From: the human T2T-CHM13v2.0 reference genome, Homo sapiens
DNA: 64,000 nt
Assembly: GCF_009914755.1 (NCBI RefSeq)
Contig: NC_060930.1
Strand: one strand, 5' to 3'
The notes below the pieces were generated by a model. It had not been told where the DNA came from, did no database searches, and saw only the letters and a program-made list of their open reading frames with translations. Below, one piece after another: positions 50,190 through 64,000 of this stretch. Made by a program: the position numbers and the translations under genes. Position 1 is the stretch's first letter; each line of letters opens with the position of its first letter.

Positions 50190-50585
50190 CCTACCGCCCC
50201 CCGCCCCCCGCCTCACCCACTGAAGACTGAGTGACCTGGAATAGGAGTATTCTAAACTGGAAGGCTTAATTCAGTGTGACAAGGCAACCCTATTAATTTG
50301 CCTCTGCCTTGAGTTGGGATTTCAAATCTCTCCCTGTGTCTACAGGATTGAACTGGCATGAAGTGCATTAGCTTCCCACTAGAGTTGGTGCAATTCTGCT
50401 TCAACTCCCTCTCCATCTCCCTTGGTGACTTCTTTACACCAGGAGGCAACCTGCCTTTATGGTTCTCCTTCAGCAAACACACACTTTTCTCCCCCAGAGA
50501 CAGGTTTCCATGGAAACCAATCCAAGGGGAAACATTCTGGAGAGGTAGAGTTTGTGGTGTAAGGTGTGGTGAAAACCACAAGAGG
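50190..50585. promoter_or_regulatory. Candidate cis-regulatory module (GC boxes, RFX X-box palindrome, RUNX-type sites)
   Basis: CCGCCC repeats at 50194-50212; GGTTTCCATGGAAACC at 50503-50518; TGTGGT twice and AACCACA at 50553-50580. Motif evidence only. Confidence 0.4.
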
Positions 50586-50996
50586 GGTGTGTGGAGAAGG
50601 CAGTTATGTCAGGATTATGTTAGAAATGTGAACAAAAATGTACTGAGGCAGTAGGAAAGCACATTAAACTTTAAAAGTGTTTTTAAATGTTGCTATTCAA
50701 TGGGAGTGACATATCCTAGTGAAATCAGAAGGCCGTAGAGTGCCCACTGTGTATGAGGCATGATGCAAAGTGGAGGGAAGGACCCAGGTGGCAGATGTGG
50801 CCTCGCCTCAGGGAGTTTGCAGCCTCTTTGGAGAGATGAGATGGGCACACCAGACAATAGTACATCAAAGCAAAGAATGAATGGGACCCACACGACCAGA
50901 GAGGATGCAGCCATGACTCCTGCTTTAGGCCAATCATCTTACCTTTAGAAACCAATTTTTTTTTTATTTGACTGCTCTATTATATTAAAACAAATA

Positions 50997-51290
50997 GGCT
51001 GGGTGTGGTGGCTCATGTCTGTAGCCCAGCATTTTGGGAGGCTGAGATGGGAGGATCGCTTGAGGCCAGGAGTTTGAGAGCAGCCTGGGCAAGATGCGAA
51101 ACCCCATCTCTAAAAATTTGTTTTAAAAAAATTAGCTGTGCATGGTGGAACGCACCTGTGGTTCTAGCTACTCAGGAGGCTGAGGTGGGAGTTCGAGACT
51201 GCAGTGAGCTATGATCGCACCATTACACTCCAGCCTGGGTGACAACGTGAGACTTGATCTCTAAAAAAAGTGAACTAATAAATAAAATAA
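50997..51290 (+). mobile_element. Alu (AluJ, right-arm deletion)
   Basis: GGAGGATCGCTTGAGGCCAGGAG. Confidence 0.9.
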
Positions 51291-51459
51291 GCAGTTAGAA
51301 GAACATAATCTATACCATGGTGAATTTAAGGAAACTCAATCTGTAGTCCCGAGTCTCAACCCCAATCAAAGGAAGATTTTAAAATATAGGAGTTAGTAAG
51401 GCATGCTTTTATAGTTTTGGAGATGAACAAGAAGTTAGATGAGTGGGACAGAGAGGAAA

Positions 51460-51635
51460 CAATGGTTTACAACCTTGGCTATGCATGCAAATCACCAAGG
51501 GAGTTTTAAATACTACTGCTGCCTCCCTATCTTGGAGATTCTGACTAGCTTGGTTTGAGTCCAGAGAGCATGGACATTGGGATTCTTAAAATTTTCCCAA
51601 ATGATTCTAGTGTGCAGCCACGTTTTAGAACCATT
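51460..51635. mobile_element. MER5A-like hAT MITE
   Basis: CAACCTTGGCT...AATCACC..GGAG..TTTAAA...GATTCTGA...ATGATTCTAGTGTGCAGCCA..TTAGAACCA. Confidence 0.7.
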
Positions 51636-51684
51636 GGAAGATCCCATTCCTAGCACCTTCCTCCTCCAGCTACTGCAAAACAGG

Positions 51685-51702
51685 CACACATACACACACA
51701 CG

Positions 51703-51752
<50 letters not shown>
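51685..51752. repeat. (CA)n microsatellite with a CG-rich interruption
   Basis: Direct reading. Confidence 0.95.
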
Positions 51753-51755
<3 letters not shown>

Positions 51756-52379
51756 CCTACTCTTATAATTTTTATCTTTGCAGAAAATTGATTAAATATA
51801 AACAGAATGGGACAGAGCTTTCAGTATACTCAAATTCAATAAGCAGATAATTATGTTTATATGCCAATGAGGGGGTGATATGGCCTGGAGGTGTACCACT
51901 CTAATGGATTGTGGGAAGACTTCAAATAGGTTTCCATAACTCTAATGTGCCTCTAATTGTGCTCTAATGTGCCTCTAATGTGATTGCAATAATGTGTCTC
52001 TGACCTTTGACATATTTCCTTCAGCCAGCTACAATTCTGACTTGGTGCCAGTGTTAGTGGTGTGATGTCTGTGCCAAGGGTCATGAAAATAGAATCTGGT
52101 TTTCAGTGTCTGTTACAACACATCACATGTCCCTAAGCCCGCTTTCTCTGTCTCAGTGTCTCTGTAACTGTCTTCTCTGTGCATCATCTTTCTACGTCTG
52201 CTTTTTCTTCTGAATTTCTGTGCAAAAATCAAGCACTTGGCAGAACAAGAATAACTTCTACTTTCTGACAAGGGTTAACTTGTTCCCATATAGAAATAAT
52301 GTGCTTATTTTGTGTTTTCTGGTGGTAAAAATAGGAAAGGTGCTGCCTGATAAAACATCACCATGACATATAACATCCT

Positions 52380-54735
52380 TGTATTAGTCTTTTCTCATAG
52401 TGCTAATAAAGACGTACCTGAGACTAGATAATTTATGAAAAAAAAAAAAGAGGTTTAATTGACTTACAATTCAGCATGGCTGGGGAGGCCTCAGGAAATT
52501 TACAATCACAGTGGAAAGGAAAGCAAACATGTCCTTCTTCACATGGTGGCAGGAAGGAGAAGAATGAGAGCTGAGTCAAGGAGGAAGCCCCTTATAAAAC
52601 TGTTAGATCATATGAAAACTTACTATTATGAGAATAGCTTGTGGGAAACTGTCCCATTATTAAATTACTTCCCACTGAGTCCCTCCCATGACATGTGGGG
52701 ATTATGGGAACTACAATTCAAGATAAGATTTGGGTGAGGACACAGACAAACCATATCATACTGCCCCTGGCCCCTCCCAAATCTTACTTCCTTTCTACAT
52801 TTCAAAACATAATCATGCCTTCCCAACAGTCCCCCAAAGTCTTGACTCATTCCAGCATAAACTCAAAAGTCTAAGTCCAAAGTCTCATCTGAGACAAGGT
52901 GAGTCCATTTTGCCTATGAGCCTCTAAAATCAAAAGCAAGTTAGTTACTTCCTAGATACAATGGGGATACAGACATTGGGTAAATACATCCATTCCAAAT
53001 GGAAGAAATTGGCTAAAACAAAAGGGGCTACAGGCCCCATGCAAGTCTGAAATCCAATAGGGCAGTCATTTAATCTTAAAGCTCCAAAATGATCTCCTTT
53101 GACTCCGTGTCTCACATTCAGGTCATGCTGATGCAAGAGGTGGTCTCCCATGACCTTGGGATGCTCTGCCCCTGTGGCTTTGCAGGATACAGCCCCCTTT
53201 CTGACCGCTTTCATGGCTGGCATTGAGTGTCTGTGGCTTTTCCAGGCTCATGGGGCAAGTTGTCAGTGGATCTACCATTCCGGGGTCTGGAGGACGATGG
53301 CCCTCTTCTCATAGCTCTACTAGGCAGTGCCCCAGTGGGGACTCTGTTTGAGGACTTCAACCCCACATTTCCCTTCTGTACTGCCCTAGCAGAAGTTCTC
53401 CATGAGGGCTCCACCCCTGCAGCACACCTCTGCCTGGATATCCAGGCATTTCCATACATCCTCTGAAATCTTGGCAAAGGTTCTCAAACCTCAATTCTTG
53501 TCCTCTGTGCATCCATAGGACCAACACCATGTGGAAACTGCCAAGGCTCAGAGCTTGCACCCTTTGAAGCTGTGACCCAAACTGTACTGCCTTGGCCCCT
53601 TTTAGTTATGGCTGGAGTGGCTGGGATACAGGGCACCAAGTGCCTAGACTGCATGCAGCAGGGGGCCCTGGACCCAGCCCACGAAACCATTTTTTCCTCC
53701 AAGGCATCTGGGCCTGTGATGGGAGAGGCTGCCATAAAGGTTTCTGACATGCCTTAGAGACATTTCCCCCATTGTCTTGAAATTAACATTTGGCTTCTCA
53801 TTACTTATGCAAATTTCTGCAGCCAGCTTGAATTTCTATCCAGAAAATGGGTTTTTCTTTTCTACTGCATAGTCAGGCTGTGAATTTTCCAAACTTTATG
53901 CTCTGTCACCTCTTGAATGCTTTGCTGCTTAGAAATTTCTTCTGCCAGATATCCTAAATCATCTCTTTCAAGTTCATTTTCACAGATCTCTAGAGCACGG
54001 GCAAAATGTCATTAGTCTTTTTGCAAAAGCATAACAAGAGTCACTTTTGCTCCAGTTCCCAACAAGTTTCTCATCTCTATCTGAGACCACGTCAGTCTGG
54101 ACTTTATTGTTCATACCACTATCAGCATTTTGGTTAAAGCTATTCAACAAGTCTCTAGGAAGTTCCAGAATTTCCCAAATCTTCCTGTTTTCTGAGCCCT
54201 GCAAGTCTCTAGGAAGTTCCAAACTTTCCCATATTTTCCTGTCGTATTCTGAGCCCTCCAAACTGTTCCAATTTCTCCCTGTTACCCAGTTCCAAAGTCA
54301 CTTCCACATTTTGGGGTATCTTTACATTATCCCCACTGCCCAGTACCCAGTACCAATTTACTGTATTAGTTTGTTCTCATGATGCTAATAAAGATATACC
54401 CATCTGGATAATTTATAAAGGGAAGAGGTTTAATTGACTCACAGTTCAGCATGGCTGAGGAGGCCTCAGAAAACTTACAATCATGGCAGAAGGAGAAGCA
54501 AACATGTCCCTTCCCACGGCAGCAGGAAGGAGAAGAATGAGAGTCAAGTGAAAGGGAAGCCCCTTATAAAACCATTAGATCTTGTGAGAACTTACTATCA
54601 CAAGAATAGCATGGACGAAACCTCCCTCCACCATGATACGATTACGTCCCACCCGGTCTCTCCCACCACATGTGGGGATTACAGGAACTAACATTCAAGA
54701 TGAGATTTGGGTGGGGACACAACCAAACCATGTCA
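52380..54735 (-). mobile_element. THE1 (C/D-like) MaLR element, LTR-int-LTR
   Basis: LTRs at 52380-52758 and 54362-54735; 5-bp TSD ATCCT. Confidence 0.93.
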
Positions 54736-54822
54736 ATCCTACTGATTTTCTTTTGTTTGAGTGATAGTTTGTTGCAGTTGGAATTACTTATTTGGTATGA
54801 CTTCAGGAGTATTAAGAAAGTC

Positions 54823-55130
54823 CTGTGCTATGATTTGGACATAGTGGCCCTGATATCTCATTTAAAATTTGATTTCCAGCATTGGAGGTGGGTATGATGG
54901 GAAGTGTTTGGATCCTAGGAAACTCTGGTACTGTCTTTGCAATAATGAATGAGTTCTTGCTCTGTTAGTTCCCATGAGAATTCCCCCTGAGAGCTGGTTT
55001 TGAAAAGAGCCTGGCACCTCCTCCTCTTTCTTGCTTTCTCTCTCACCATGTGATCTCTGTACACACAGGCTCCCGTTCACCTTTTGCCATGAGTGGAAGC
55101 AGCCAGAGCCCCTCACTAGAAACAGACATG
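54823..55130 (+). mobile_element. MST-type MaLR LTR fragment
   Basis: TGCTATGATTTGGA...GTTAGTTCCCATGAGA...CCATGAGTGGAAGCAG. Confidence 0.75.
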
Positions 55131-56340
55131 AGGTACCTTACAAATGTATAGGTAGTTTTAAATCTCTTTATTTCAGGAAAACAATGCTTGTTCTGTTTTC
55201 TTGCTTTAATTTGTTCTGCAGGAATATCTATTATTCATTAATTGCATTTTCTTCACCTATCTTTTGTATTTGTTACTTTCTGCCTAATCCAACTTATCTT
55301 TCTCTTCATTTTAAAATTTTAACTTTTTAGTGTTCTGTTTCTCTTAAGGCATTATCTATTATGTTTATTTTCTTTTGTGTTCCTTCTAACTTAGTCTTCA
55401 TTTCTGAAATGATTTGTCTATATTTCTAATTCTTTATTGAGTTTTGTCACCTTTCTGATATTTTCTATTTCAGATGCATATTTTCTTTTTATATATTTTA
55501 TCATTTTTTGATGTCTTTTTGCTCATTTTGAAATATTAAGGAATGTTTTCCTTCTGTCTTTCTGGGACTCAGACATTTTCTGAATAGTCTTATTCTGTTT
55601 CTTTATCTCTTTGACCTCAATCTTTTTTATTTATTATTTTTATGTGAAATTAGTGTTCCTCAACTTTTAAAATGAGAGGGTTTAAGAGAGCTCTTGCTAA
55701 CTTTACAGACTTTCTTCTTCTAATGATTTTGTAGCGTGGCCAATAATATGGCAATTTGCTTTTTAATATTTCCTGGTTCAATTCCTGTGCCCCACGTTTA
55801 TCTGTACTTCTTTTTCATTTGTGTCCATTGTCCTTGTCCTGTTCAATTTGGATCCTGTTTTTTGCCTTTTTTTCTATCACTTATGGTCAAATTCTGTAGA
55901 TCCTGTTTCTCTTCAGTGTGAAACAGGACTGAAGGGAGCATTGGCTGTTTTGAGAACGACCATTTTATCTACTTCAGACCTTTCTTGGGGCCCCTTCAAT
56001 TTATCTGTTGTTGGGCTGTGCTAATCCCTTCCAGTTTCATCTGCTCTTCTCTAAGTTGCCTGCGGAGCTTTTCAAGTGATCCACTGATGGATATTTTGGA
56101 TTTCTTGGGTCCATCAGATGCCATGTTGCTACCTTCAACTTCCCTTGGTCCAGGTAATGATGCCACACAGAACTTGTAGCTGCCCGGGTTTGTTATGCAC
56201 CTGTTTGGATTCTGGACTCTGTGGGACATCTTGCCAACCTAATTATAGTGTAAATATTGAACTTTAACTTTCTGCTTTGCCTTCCTACTTTCTTTTATTA
56301 CTTTTATGGAGGAGATAGAAGAGGTTAAAAAATATGCTGC
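55130..56340 (-). mobile_element. Probable ancient L1M fragment
   Basis: T-rich strand bias typical of antisense L1M; weak support. Confidence 0.4.
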
Positions 56341-56731
56341 CACCATTTCTATCTACATTTCTTAAATGATGGATTCCCCTAGATTCCCCTATTTGTCATG
56401 ACTTCTATTATATCAATTTGGTCTTGAGGTCTCTCTGTCAAAAGTTTCCTTTAGCCAAGATAGCTCCTCTCTAGGAGAGCCCTGACTGGGAGAAAAATTA
56501 GATTTGGGTGTGTCAGTCAGGTGAGACACAATGAGGAGACAAAACCAAAATACATAAAACAGAAGAAATTTATTACCCACAGGTCCAGAGATATTAGGAG
56601 TGCTGAGGGAAGAGGCAGGTGATGGAAAGTCCAGAGGCAGCGGGGAGCTCAACCAGCAGGTGAAGAGGGGGCACAGAGAGAGGGAGAGAGGACCAGTGGG
56701 ACTAGGCCTTTATTAGGGTCTGTGGATGTGA

Positions 56732-57152
<421 letters not shown>

Positions 57153-57340
57153 GATGGTTAGTTTTTATCCTGTTCACCAGCTGTGGGATGTATTGGATTT
57201 AGGGTCAGTGGGATGAGGAACAAGCAGGCTTTATCACAAATACCACAAAAGGAGGGTAAGTTTTAACCAGGTCAAAGGTGACCAGGTACTACTGGGTTTC
57301 AAACAATTTATGTCAGGCCTAGAAATGGATGCTCAGGCAT

Positions 57341-59498
57341 TGTATTACTCTATTCTCATGCTGCTCTAAGAAATACCCAAAACTGGCTAATTTATGAAGG
57401 AAAGAGGTTTAATTAACTCACAGTTCTGCAGGGCTGAGGAGGCCTCAGGAAACTTACAATCATTGTGGAAAGGGAAGCAAACATGTTCTTCTTCACATGG
57501 TAGCAGGAAAGTGAATTGCTGAGCAAAGCTGGAAAAGCCTCTTATAAAACCACCAGATCTTGTGAGAACTCACTCACTATCACAAGAACAGCATGAAGGT
57601 AACCACCTGCATGATTAAATTACCTCCCCCTGGGTTCCTCCTATGACATATGGGGATTATGGGAGCTACAATTCAAGATGAGATTTGGGTGAGGACACAG
57701 CCAAACCATATCATTATGCCCCCAGCCCCTCCCAGATCTCATGTCCTCACATTTCTAAACACAATCATGCCCTTCCAACAGTACCCAAAAGTCTTAACTC
57801 ATTCCAGCATTAACTAAAATGTCCAAGCCTAAAGACTCATCTGAGACAAGGCAAGAGGTGAGCTCCAATGACTTTGGGCAGCTCTGTCCCTGTGGCTTTG
57901 CAGGGTACAGCCCCTCTCCTGGCTGGCTTCATGGGCTGGCATTGAGTATCTGTGGCTTTTCCAGGTGCATGGTGCAAACTGTTGGTGGATCTACCATTCT
58001 GGGGTGTGGAGGATGGTGGCCCTCTTCTCACAGCTCTACTAGGTGTGCCCCAGTAGGGACTCTGTGTGGAGGCTCCAACTGCACATTTCCCTTCTGCACT
58101 GCCCTAGCATAAATTCTTCATAAGGGCGGCAAACTTCTGCCTGGACATCAGGCATTTCCATACATCCTCTGAAATCTAGGTGGAGTTTCCCAAACCTCAG
58201 TTCTTGACTTCTGTGCACCTGCATGCTTAACACCATGAGGAAACTGCCAAGGCTTGGGGCTTGCACCCTCTGAAGCTACAGCCCAAGCTGTACCTTGGCC
58301 ATGGCTGGGATGCACGGCATCAAGTCCCAGGATGGCACAAAGCAGCAAGGCCCTGGGGCCAGCCCACAAAACCATTTTTTTCCTACTAGGCCTCTGGGCC
58401 TGTGATGGGAGGGGCTGCCGCAAAGTTCTCTGACATGCCCTAGAGACATTTTCCCCATTGTCTTAGCCATTAACATTTGGCTTCTTGTTAGTTATGCAAA
58501 TTTCTGCAGCCAGCTTGAATTTCTCCTCAGAACATGGGTTTTTCTTTTCTATCACATTGTCAGGCTACAAATTTTCTGAACTTTAATGCTCTGCTTCCCA
58601 TTTAAACATAAGTTCCAATTCCAAAGCCTATTTTTGTGAATACATAAAACTGAATGATTTTAACAGCATCCAAGTCACTTCTTGAAATCTTTGCTGCTTA
58701 GAAACTTCTTCCAGTAGATACCCTAAATCATCTCGCTCAAGTTCAAAGTTCCACAGATCTCAATAGCAGGGGCAAAATGCCACCAGTCTCTTTGCTAAAA
58801 CATAGCAAGAGTCACCTTTATTCCAGTTCCCAAGAAGTTCCTCATCTCTGTCTGAGACCACCTTAGCCTGCACTTCATTGTTCACATCACTATTAGCATT
58901 TTGATCAAAGCCATTCAACAAATCTCTAGGGAGTTCCAAACTTTCCCACATCTTCCTGTCTTCTGAACCCTCCAAGTCTTTAGGGAGTTTCAAACTTCCC
59001 CACATTTTCCTTTCTTCTGAGCCCTCCGAATGCTTCCAACCACTGCCTATTACCTAGTTCCAATCGTGCTTCCACATTTTCTGATATCTTTACAACAGTG
59101 CCCTACTCTCTGTGGTACCAATTTACTGTATTAGTCTGTTCTCACACTGCTATGAAAAAATACCCAAGACTGGGTAATTTATAAATGAAAGAGGTTTAAT
59201 TTACTCACAGTTCTGCAGGGCTAGGGAGGCTTCAGGAAACTTACAATCATGGCAGAAGGGGAAGGAAACACGTCCTTCTTCACATAGTGGCAGGAAGAAG
59301 TGCAGAGCCAAGGGGGGAAATGCCCCTTATACAGCCATCAGATGTTATGATAATTCACTCACTATAATGAGAACAGCATGAGGGTAGCCGCCACCATGAT
59401 TAAATTACCTCCCACCAGGTCCCTCCCATGACATGTGAGGATTATGGGAACTACAATTCAAGATGAGATTTGGGTGGGGACACAACAAACCCATATCA
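57341..59498 (-). mobile_element. THE1 (D-like) LTR-int-LTR with an internal deletion
   Basis: LTRs at 57341-57713 and 59127-59498; TSD GGCAT/GGCAG. Confidence 0.93.
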
Positions 59499-59809
59499 GG
59501 CAGCAACTATGTTTAACAAATTGATGACATTATTCTGCTCAGGTATCTACATATCACAATGCTCAAAGGGTTTCTTTAACTGTAATTTCTATGCTGTCGT
59601 GAAAATGGTTTATTGAAACAGTATTTTGAAATGAGTACACATTTTACTAAGTTAGTTTATATGTGTGTATATAAATGTTTGTGTGTGTGTGTGTGACTAA
59701 TTCAATAGGACTTTAATATGGATGTTTAAAAATTTTTTTTAAGTAGCAAGAATACTGAAAATATTGTTAAATAATATATGGTTATAAGATTCTCACAGCT
59801 GCTAATAAT

Positions 59810-60225
59810 AATAATCATTATTTATTGCATACTTGCTAAGCACTTCACAAACAGTGCTTCATTTAACTGTCACACAGCCTCATGAAGCAGCCTGTTATGT
59901 GTTTTGTGTGATTGAGGGAGCCTCAGACACTGTAGACACTTGGCTGAGGTCACATAGCCATTGGATGATAAAACCAGAATGGGAGCTCAGGTGGCCCCGG
60001 AGGTAAGTCTACCCTCTGAATTGTGTGCTCTGCTGCCTTTCCTTCAGTAGTTTGTAACCCTGCTGCACATTTAAATCACTGGAAAACATTTAAAAAGTAT
60101 TGATGCCAAATTGCATAATCCAGACAAATTGCATCAGAATCTCTAGGGTGGGGCCCAGGCATTTGTATAATTCCTAAGTCATTCCTAAGTAATTGTAATG
60201 TGCAGTAAAAGTTGAGAACCTCTAA
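59810..60225. mobile_element. MIR fragment followed by a MER5A-like element
   Basis: ACTTGGCTGAGGTCACATAGC (MIR); TGCTGCACATTTAAATCAC..ATCAGAATCTCTAGGGTGGGGCCCAGGCAT (MER5A). Confidence 0.65.
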
Positions 60226-61512
60226 TTGTAATTATTAATTACAGTATAGCTAAGGAAATACACACACACACTCAAACACACACACACATGCATGCACGTG
60301 CACACACACATCCTAGCTCAGAATCTTTCACAAAAACAGTAACAGAGATGCCAAGCCCCAGAATTGGGGTGTATTCCATGGATGCCAAGGTCAAACACAA
60401 AGGTGGAAGATCACTCATTCAAAGACTGCAGTGGGCCGAGTCAAGAAAGATGATTTGAAATGAAAATCTTAGGAGAGACTGAATCAAAAGTTTGGCAAAG
60501 AGTCTTCCATTCAAAGACACAAGACAGAAGGAGATAATCTGGGGATGAAGTATCTGGGAATGGGGATCAGATTGTTTGAAAGGGGGATTTTTATAGAGAT
60601 CTGGTGATATTGGATATGGTTTGAAAGGGAACCATAAATGCAGAGGTCACAAACTGTTGGCTCATAATAGATGTGTTTTGTTTGCCTTGCACCAGCATTT
60701 ATAAGAATTTGAGTCAAAGTTAAAAAACTTGGAGGTTACACATACAAATTGAGGTTCTAGCTTCAAAAAAAATCTGAATATTTGGTGCCAGGAGTTCTTT
60801 GTTCCCAACGGTAGCACTCAGTGGCCCTTGGGTAGTGGCTTCTCACTTTCAGTGGGATCAGGAGTCTCCAGTTCTGTGTTCCCCACAAGGCTCATGAGGC
60901 TTATTTAAGTTATCTGACTGTCAAAATTGACCTGTATTGATATAGGTGGGCTTCTGATTTAAGATTCCAAACCAGCTTGGACATGAAGTAGTCGCTGAAT
61001 ACCAAATGTTCATGTATTGATTTCTGTGGTCACCCTTTTTTCCCTTTAAATATTCCTACAAGATATTATGGCTACCCATTTCATTAGTTAATGGGACTGG
61101 TGGCACAGTGCTACAGCTCATTCTCTGTCGGTGTCTTTAAGTTCTGCACCTTGCCCTGGTATGTTCTCTATTGCTTGTGATCTCCCTGCATATCCAGCAT
61201 TTGGTGCTCAGGGCCCCTTTCTGCTCAGAATCTAAGCAGGGGATGGATCCCTCATTGTGTCACACCATTGGACTTCTGTGTCACATCATAACTAACCCCA
61301 CTCTACAGCAGTGATGCCAGCTGAGGCAGGACCACTTCATCACCATGCTGAGATAATGCAGGCTGCCCAACCATCTGTTTTGCCTTTTCTTAACCACCTG
61401 TGCTGGTAAACTTTTATAGAAAAATTCCTTGAAGAAGTCAAATGAACTTTGAACTCCTCTCCTCAAAGAAAAGTGTGTTTGTTTTTGTTTTTATCAGAGT
61501 TGGCTTGGCCTG

Positions 61513-63665
61513 TGATATGGTTTGGCTCTGTCCCCACCCAAATCTCATTTTGAATTGTATCTCCCATAATTCCCACATGTTGTGGGAGGGACCCAGTGGG
61601 AGATAATTGAATTATGGTGGCGGTTTCCCCCATACTGTTCTCATGGTAGTGAATAAGTCTCACGAGATCTGATGGTTTTATAAGGGGAAACCCCTTTTCT
61701 TTGGCTCTTACTCTTCTCTTGTCTGCTGCCATGTGAAATGTGCCTTTCACCTTCCACCATAATTGTGAGGCCTCCCCAGCCACGTGGAAATGTTAGTTCA
61801 TTAAACCTCTTTCTTTTGTAAATTGCCCTGTCTTGGGTATGTCTTTATCAATAGCATGAAAACAGACTAATACAGTCAATTGGTACCAGTAGTAGAGTGG
61901 GGTTCTGCTGAAAAGATACCTGAAAATGTGGAAGTAACTTTGAAACTGGGTAGCAGGCAGAGGTTGGAACAGTTTGGAGGGCTCAGAAGAAGACAGGAAA
62001 ATGTGGGAAAGTTTGGAACTCCCTAGAGATTTGTTGAATGACTTTGACCAAAATGCTGATAATCATATGGACAATGAAATCCAGGCTGACATGGTCTCAG
62101 ATGGAGATGAGGAACTCGTTGGGAACTGGAGTAAAGGTGACGCTTGATGTGTTTTAGCAAAGAGACGGGCAGAATTTTGCCCCTGCCCTAGAGATCTGTG
62201 GAGCATTGAACTTGAGAGAGATGATTCAGGGTATCTGGTTGGAGAAAATTCTAAGCAGCAAAGCTTTCAAGAGGTGACTTGGGTGCTGTTAAAGACATTT
62301 AGTTTTAAAAGGGAAACAGCATATAAGTTCAGAAAATTTGCAACCTGACAATGCAATAGAAAAGAAAATCCCATTTTCTGAGGAAAAATTCAGGCTGGGT
62401 GCAGAAATTTTTATAAGTAACTTGGAGCTGAGTGTTAATCCCCAAGACAATGAGGAAAATGTCTCCAGGGCATGTCAGAGGTCTTCATGGCAGCCCCACC
62501 AATTACACACCTGGAGGCCTTGGAGAAAAAAATGTTTTAGTGGGCCAGGCCTAGGGTCCCCATGCTGTGTGCAGCCTAGGGACTTGGTGCCCTGGATCCC
62601 AGCTGCTGCGGCCATGGCTGATAGGGGCCAAAGTAGAGCTCAGGCCATGTCTTCAGAGGGTGCAAGCCACAAGCCTTGGCAGCTTCCATGTGGTGTTGAT
62701 CCTGCAAGTGCACAGAAGTCAAGAATTGGGGTTTGGGAACCTCCATCTATATTTCAGAGGATGTGTGGAAATGCCTGGATGCCCAAGCAGAAGTTTGCTG
62801 CAGGAGCGAGGCCCTCATGGAGAACCTCTGCGAGGACAGTGTGGAAGGGCAATGTGGGGTTAGAGCCCCCACATGGAGTCCCTCCTGGAGCACTGCCTAG
62901 TGGAACTGTGAGAAGAGGGCCACAGTCCTCCAGACCCCAGAATAGTAGATCCACTGACAGCTTGCACCATGTGCCTGGAAAAGCCACAGACACTCAACGC
63001 CAGCCTGTGAAAACAGCCAGGAGGGAGGCTCTACCTTGCAAAGCCACAGGGACAGAGCTGCCCAAGACCATGGGAACCCACCTCTTGCATCAGCATGACC
63101 TGGATGTGAAACATGGAGTCACATGTCTCAGTCAAAATGGATCATTTTGGAGCTTTAAGATTTGACTGCCCTGCATGGGGCCTGTAGCCCCTTTGTTTGG
63201 CCAATTTTTCCCATTTGGAATGAGTGTACTTACCCAATGTCTGTAGTTCCTATGTATCTAGGAAGTAACTAACTTGCTTTTGATTTAACAGGCTCATAGG
63301 CAGAAGAGACTTGCCTTGTCTCAGACGAGATTTTGGACTGTGGACTTTTGAGTTAATGCTGAAATGAGTTAAGACTTTGGGAGACTGTTGAGAAGGCATG
63401 ACTGGTTTTGAATGTGAGGACATGAGATTTGGGAGGAGCTAGAGGTGGAATTATATGGTTTGGCTCTGTCCACACTCAAATCTTATCTCGAATTGTATCT
63501 CCCATAATTCCCACAAGTTGTGGGAGGGACCTGGTGGGATATAATTGAATCATGGCTGTGGTTTCCCCCATACTGTTCTCGTGGTAGTGAGTAAGTTCTC
63601 ATCGTTTTATAAGGGGAAACCCCTTTCACTTGGCTCTCATGCTTCTCTTGTCTTCTGCCATGTGA
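61513..63665 (+). mobile_element. THE1 (B/C-like) LTR-int-LTR; 3' LTR interrupted
   Basis: 5' LTR at 61513-61874; 3' LTR from 63451; MaLR internal ORF remnant 62338-63165. Confidence 0.93.
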
Positions 63666-64000
63666 TGAGGTGAGAAATTAAAGGAATAAAGAAAAATAAA
63701 TTAAAAAGAGAAAGAAATAAGCTTTCCTGTAATAGGCTGACTTGTCCCAGAGGCAGCAATGGGCACAGCCCAGACCCAGCGAAAGTCTTGATAATACTAT
63801 CTAAGAAGCCTAGACACAAAGGAATGTGCTCTGGAGACTCTCCCCAGCACTCCCTCAACATAGGGAGAGGAAAAACAAATTTTCCTCTGTTTTATGGTAT
63901 GAGTTTATAGATTCTTGTTCTCTGTAACTAGTAACTTCAAGTATTCTGTTTTATCTAAGAAGTACAGTGAAGGTTGTGATAAGCCTGAGCAGACCTGAAC
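63666..64000 (+). mobile_element. ERV1 LTR (LTR9-like) inserted in the THE1 3' LTR; runs off the window
   Basis: Abrupt switch to TGAGG.GAGAAATTAAAG...GCTGACTTGTCCCAGAGGCAGCAA...GCACTCCCTCAACATAGGGAG. Confidence 0.65.

Noticed and set aside
56370-56392. Tandem GATTCCCCTA as paired NF-kB sites
   Set aside because: Neither copy has the GGG start; looks like an 11-bp slippage duplication
62338-63165. 275-aa ORF
   Set aside because: Remnant of the THE1 internal ORF with a non-ATG start; not a host gene

Overview
Repeat-dense primate (human-like) genomic DNA with no intact, recognisable protein-coding gene. The only host-gene homology is an intronless, disabled NAA40 retrocopy (about 28.2-34.1 kb). 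It sits inside a MER2 DNA transposon and itself contains an antisense LTR12C and a 5'-truncated L1PA2-like element carrying a 3' transduction. Other major elements are an 8.7-kb two-LTR ERV1 provirus with gag/pro/IN/env remnants (10.0-18.7 kb), a full-length L1PA4-like LINE-1 with an 18-bp TSD (37.8-43.9 kb), a near-complete HSMAR2 mariner, three two-LTR THE1 elements (52-64 kb), several solo LTRs, 15 dimeric Alus plus a monomer fragment, and old L1M/MIR/MER pieces. Structures not explained by routine repeat annotation: an LTR12C positioned to transcribe the NAA40 copy antisense, a pre-miRNA-sized hairpin in the retrocopy UTR, a recent local inverted duplication of an ERV LTR promoter core, and an apparently unique 2.3-5.1 kb block with a diverged internal duplication and two long ORFs. 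Repeat subfamily names come from recalled consensus sequences and need RepeatMasker/Dfam confirmation.
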